DNA of 64,000 nt. It comes from Phoronis australis (taxonomy: Eukaryota; Animalia; Phoronida). This document shows, piece after piece, positions 61,460 through 64,000 of this stretch. Each line of letters starts with the position of its first letter. Positions within the stretch are counted from its first letter, which is position 1. The DNA lies in NCBI GenBank assembly GCA_002633005.1, contig NMRA01000016.1, positions 1,335,661 through 1,399,660 of the forward strand, written 5' to 3'. Made by a program: the position numbers and the translations under genes. The notes beneath the pieces were generated by a model. That model worked only from the letters and a program-made list of their open reading frames with translations, was not told the DNA's origin and ran no database searches.

Positions 61460-62319
61460 ACAAAGGGCACAACGACATACTCATCTTCAGACCAGTTGCC
61501 GTCCGTGGACACACGGGGTGCAATGTGCTGTTTTGTGTGGCACCTTTGGTCATAGTGACCAATATGGTTACATTTTTGACACCTTACATTTTTAGCTGGA
61601 CAGTCTCCATCATGGGGATAGTCGCTTCCACAACGGAAATAGAAATGTTTTCCAGGTTTCTTTTGTTTTCGACTGCTCGACTGGGATCTTCCACGGTTGT
61701 GGAAGTTGACGCGTTGTCGTGATCTGCCACGTTGTACAGCATGAACTTCTGCATGATTCGACCCATCGAGATCTCTGATTTGAACGCCCATTTGTTCATT
61801 GGCTCGTGCTGCTTCTAAAAATTTCGCCAGAGACAGCCCATCACGAATTCCCTTTTTCTTCACTTCTGGGTTCTTGCAGTTGTTAACCATCTGGGCGAGT
61901 TTTATGAGTTCTATTATGTCATTCTTGGAAAGATCCTCCAATTTAATTACTTATACTTTGTCTGTAACTCGCATGTAGAAATTGTCTATTGACTCCGATG
62001 GTCCTTGGGTTATCTGATGTAGCATGTTCATCAAGTACACTCTGTTAAGCTTTGGTGTAAAATATTTGTTCAATGCGTCACGCAGTTTGTTGTATTCACT
62101 TGACTGCCCAGGTGTTCCAGAGTCAGGTAAGTTTTTGATCAGTTTCCTTCCTTTGCTGCCAATATAATGTATCAACATGTCACGCATTTCAGCCTGTTCT
62201 TTAATTTTCATGGCTTTTATCATAGCCTCAAACCCTTCCAACCATTCCTCCCATTGGGAAGTGATGATAGGGTCATCATTTACATCGAACTCGGGATAGC
62301 GGGGCAAAGAAACGGCCAT
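61460..62319 (-). pseudogene. gag: Gypsy gag (in-frame stop at 61951-61953)
   Basis: ORFs 61951-62319 and 61297-61941 share a frame. WEEWLEGFE near the N-terminus; knuckles RCGSDYPHDGDC and CQKCNHIGHYDQRC. Confidence 0.85.
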
Positions 62320-62600
62320 TTTGTGCTATTTTATGTCACTGGTAGCTTTGGTGATCGTTGTATTTCGACGCACCCTGTACTTGAATTATTCACAGAGTGC
62401 GTGCCATATGTACACACACGTCACTACAGTGTCACATATATGCGTTTCCGTCCACCCTGTATTTTTGCACGCGACAGCGAGAGTGGAATTTTCCAGTAAG
62501 TTTAACGACTAAAGTCAATGTTTTTGAAATCTGATATTTGGCTCACCCACATCAGAAGTGTCCCTGATGTATGTGCAGTATATGCAATGAGTCCGTTTCG

Positions 62601-62613
62601 ATCCTCGTCGCCA
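62601..62613 (-). promoter_or_regulatory. Primer-binding site complementary to the tRNA-Ser(GCU) 3' end
   Basis: TGGCGACGAGGAT sits 1 nt after the LTR-terminal CA. It is complementary to ...AUCCUCGUCG-CCA, which I recall as the 3' end of animal tRNA-Ser(GCU). Confidence 0.8.
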
Positions 62614-62619
62614 TTGTAC

Positions 62620-63666
62620 TAGACCGGGATCCCAGAGCTTTTTTGGGCATGAAAAGGTAACCAATTTTCTTTGGTGCCACAGTGCTCTGTGGGTATCCTG
62701 ATGCTTGGAAATGGCCGTCTGGCAGGTTTGCTCTGGTGGGTGTGGTCAGGGGAGCCAAGAGAATTGCACTCAAAAATTGAGCTAGATCAACTTTTCTGGT
62801 AACCACTTAAAACTGCCGTCGATACCTGCAACGTCATCCATTGTATCAAAATTGGTCACTGCCAGACAATTTCAGTGGTGGGGAGTACCCGCCAGACGAA
62901 CATATACAGGGTACAAAAATTGAGCTAGATCAATCCAAGAGGTAACCACTTGAAACCAGTCGCAAAATATTCACCGTAAGCTCAGGTATCACGAATGAAC
63001 ACTGCCAGACAAATCTAGTGGTGGGTTACCCCCGCCAGACACGCCCAAATACCTGAATTGAGCTAGATCAACCCATCAGGTAACCGTTTGAAACCAATTG
63101 CAACGATGTTCAGCATCACTGAACATGGCACAACAGTTAGATGCCAGACAGTTTCAGTGGTGGGGTGCCCTTGCCAGACGATTATCAAAAAGGGTTAAAA
63201 ATTGAGCTAGATCAACCCAAGAGGTAACCGCCTAAAACCAGTTCCAAAATATTCACCGTAAGCCCAGGTATCACGAATGAACACTGCCAGACAAATCTAG
63301 TGGTGGGTTAGCCCCGCCAGACACACCCAAATATATGAATTGAGCTAGATCAACCCAAGAGGTAACCACATAAAACCAGTTGCAAAATATTTGACGTAAG
63401 CCCAGGTATTAAGAATAAACACTGCCAGACAAATCTAGTGGTGGATTATCCCCGCCAGACACGCCCAAGTACCTGAGTTGAGCTAGATCAACCCGCCAGG
63501 TAACCGCTTGAAACCATTTGCATAATGTCGAGCAACATTCTGCATGCAACAAAAGATACTTTACAGACATTTTTAGCGGTGGGGCAGTTGCGTGCAGAGG
63601 TTTGATCGATGTAGAGGCGACTTTTTTAGACGCCCCTATCTCTCCTCAAATGCATATATCCTATTT
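62620..63666 (+). mobile_element. One arm of a second copy of the foldback element, inserted into the Gypsy 5' LTR
   Basis: Starts TAGACCGGGATCCCAGAGC. TTGAGCTAGATCAA occurs at 62777, 62920, 63058, 63202, 63340 and 63478 (138-144 bp period). Confidence 0.85.
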
Positions 63667-64000
63667 AGGCACGTAGCCAGCATGGTGGTTCAAATTTCAA
63701 CAACGGTGGATCTTGGTATTTTGCAAACGTCGACACTGTAGAGCTTTCGGTGATGCCTTTGACGCAGCTTAATTAGGGGGAAGGGAAATCTGTATACATG
63801 ACGACGACTTATGTTCATGAGATGAGACGGAATTTGTAATACCAGATACGAGGATGCTGTGACGATTGCTCGCAAAGAACGGGACGCAAATTAGGATGTA
63901 ATGTGGTCCAAAAAGAGAACATTCTCGCGTTATTTCCTGCCGAAGTTTCAAATCAGCCATGCTTAAATGAGTGATTACACCTCATTGCATACTCAGACGG
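63667..64000 (+). mobile_element. Family B 5' part (runs off window)
   Basis: AGGCACGTAGCCAGC start; collinear with 3075-3415 and 54082-54372. Confidence 0.75.

Larger units (their letters stand above)
58768..62619 (-). mobile_element. Defective Ty3/Gypsy LTR retrotransposon, Mag-like lineage
   Basis: Order is PBS-gag-PR-RT-IN-PPT-LTR, with two Gag zinc knuckles and a short LTR. Only tgtac(t) of the 5' LTR remains before the insertion at 62620. Confidence 0.93.

Noticed and set aside
62615-62640. Helitron 3' end (CTAG|T on the minus strand)
   Set aside because: The other two arms end CTA followed by C or T, and two of the arms pair as TIRs with a TSD.
62777-63491. Regularly spaced TTGAGCTAGATCAA near-palindromes as a CRISPR-like array
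   Set aside because: The intervening ~125-bp sequences are homologous to each other rather than unique spacers, the context is eukaryotic, and there are no cas genes.

Overview
Repeat-dense genomic DNA from an intron-rich eukaryote, most likely a marine invertebrate (inference). It is not prokaryotic, so most of the ORF track is noise. The only complete host gene is an 8-exon, minus-strand secreted trypsin-like S1A serine protease (46556->25019; 858 nt, 285 aa). I assembled it by hand: all introns are GT-AG with matching phases and the H-D-S triad is intact. The rest is mostly nested transposable elements: (1) a 6.57-kb foldback element in protease intron 3 whose ~1-kb inverted arms are built of ~140-bp modular subrepeats (TAG termini, 3-bp TSD); (2) two inverted ~1.7-kb TTAA-flanked elements; (3) an internally deleted Kolobok carrying a KolX (P2X7-ballast-like) remnant and a THAP-transposase remnant; (4) a defective Mag-type Ty3/Gypsy element lacking RNase H; (5) an L1/Tx1 element spanning an N gap; (6) a Penelope fragment; (7) a fold-back solo LTR, several MITE families, SINE heads, and orphan THAP, PHD-like and GRF-like zinc-finger remnants. 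I cannot demonstrate a new biological system from sequence alone. The best leads are the modular-arm foldback element, the cryptic tail behind the protease stop codon, the KolX remnant and the degraded ORF pair at 7.3-8.8 kb. No database searches were run.
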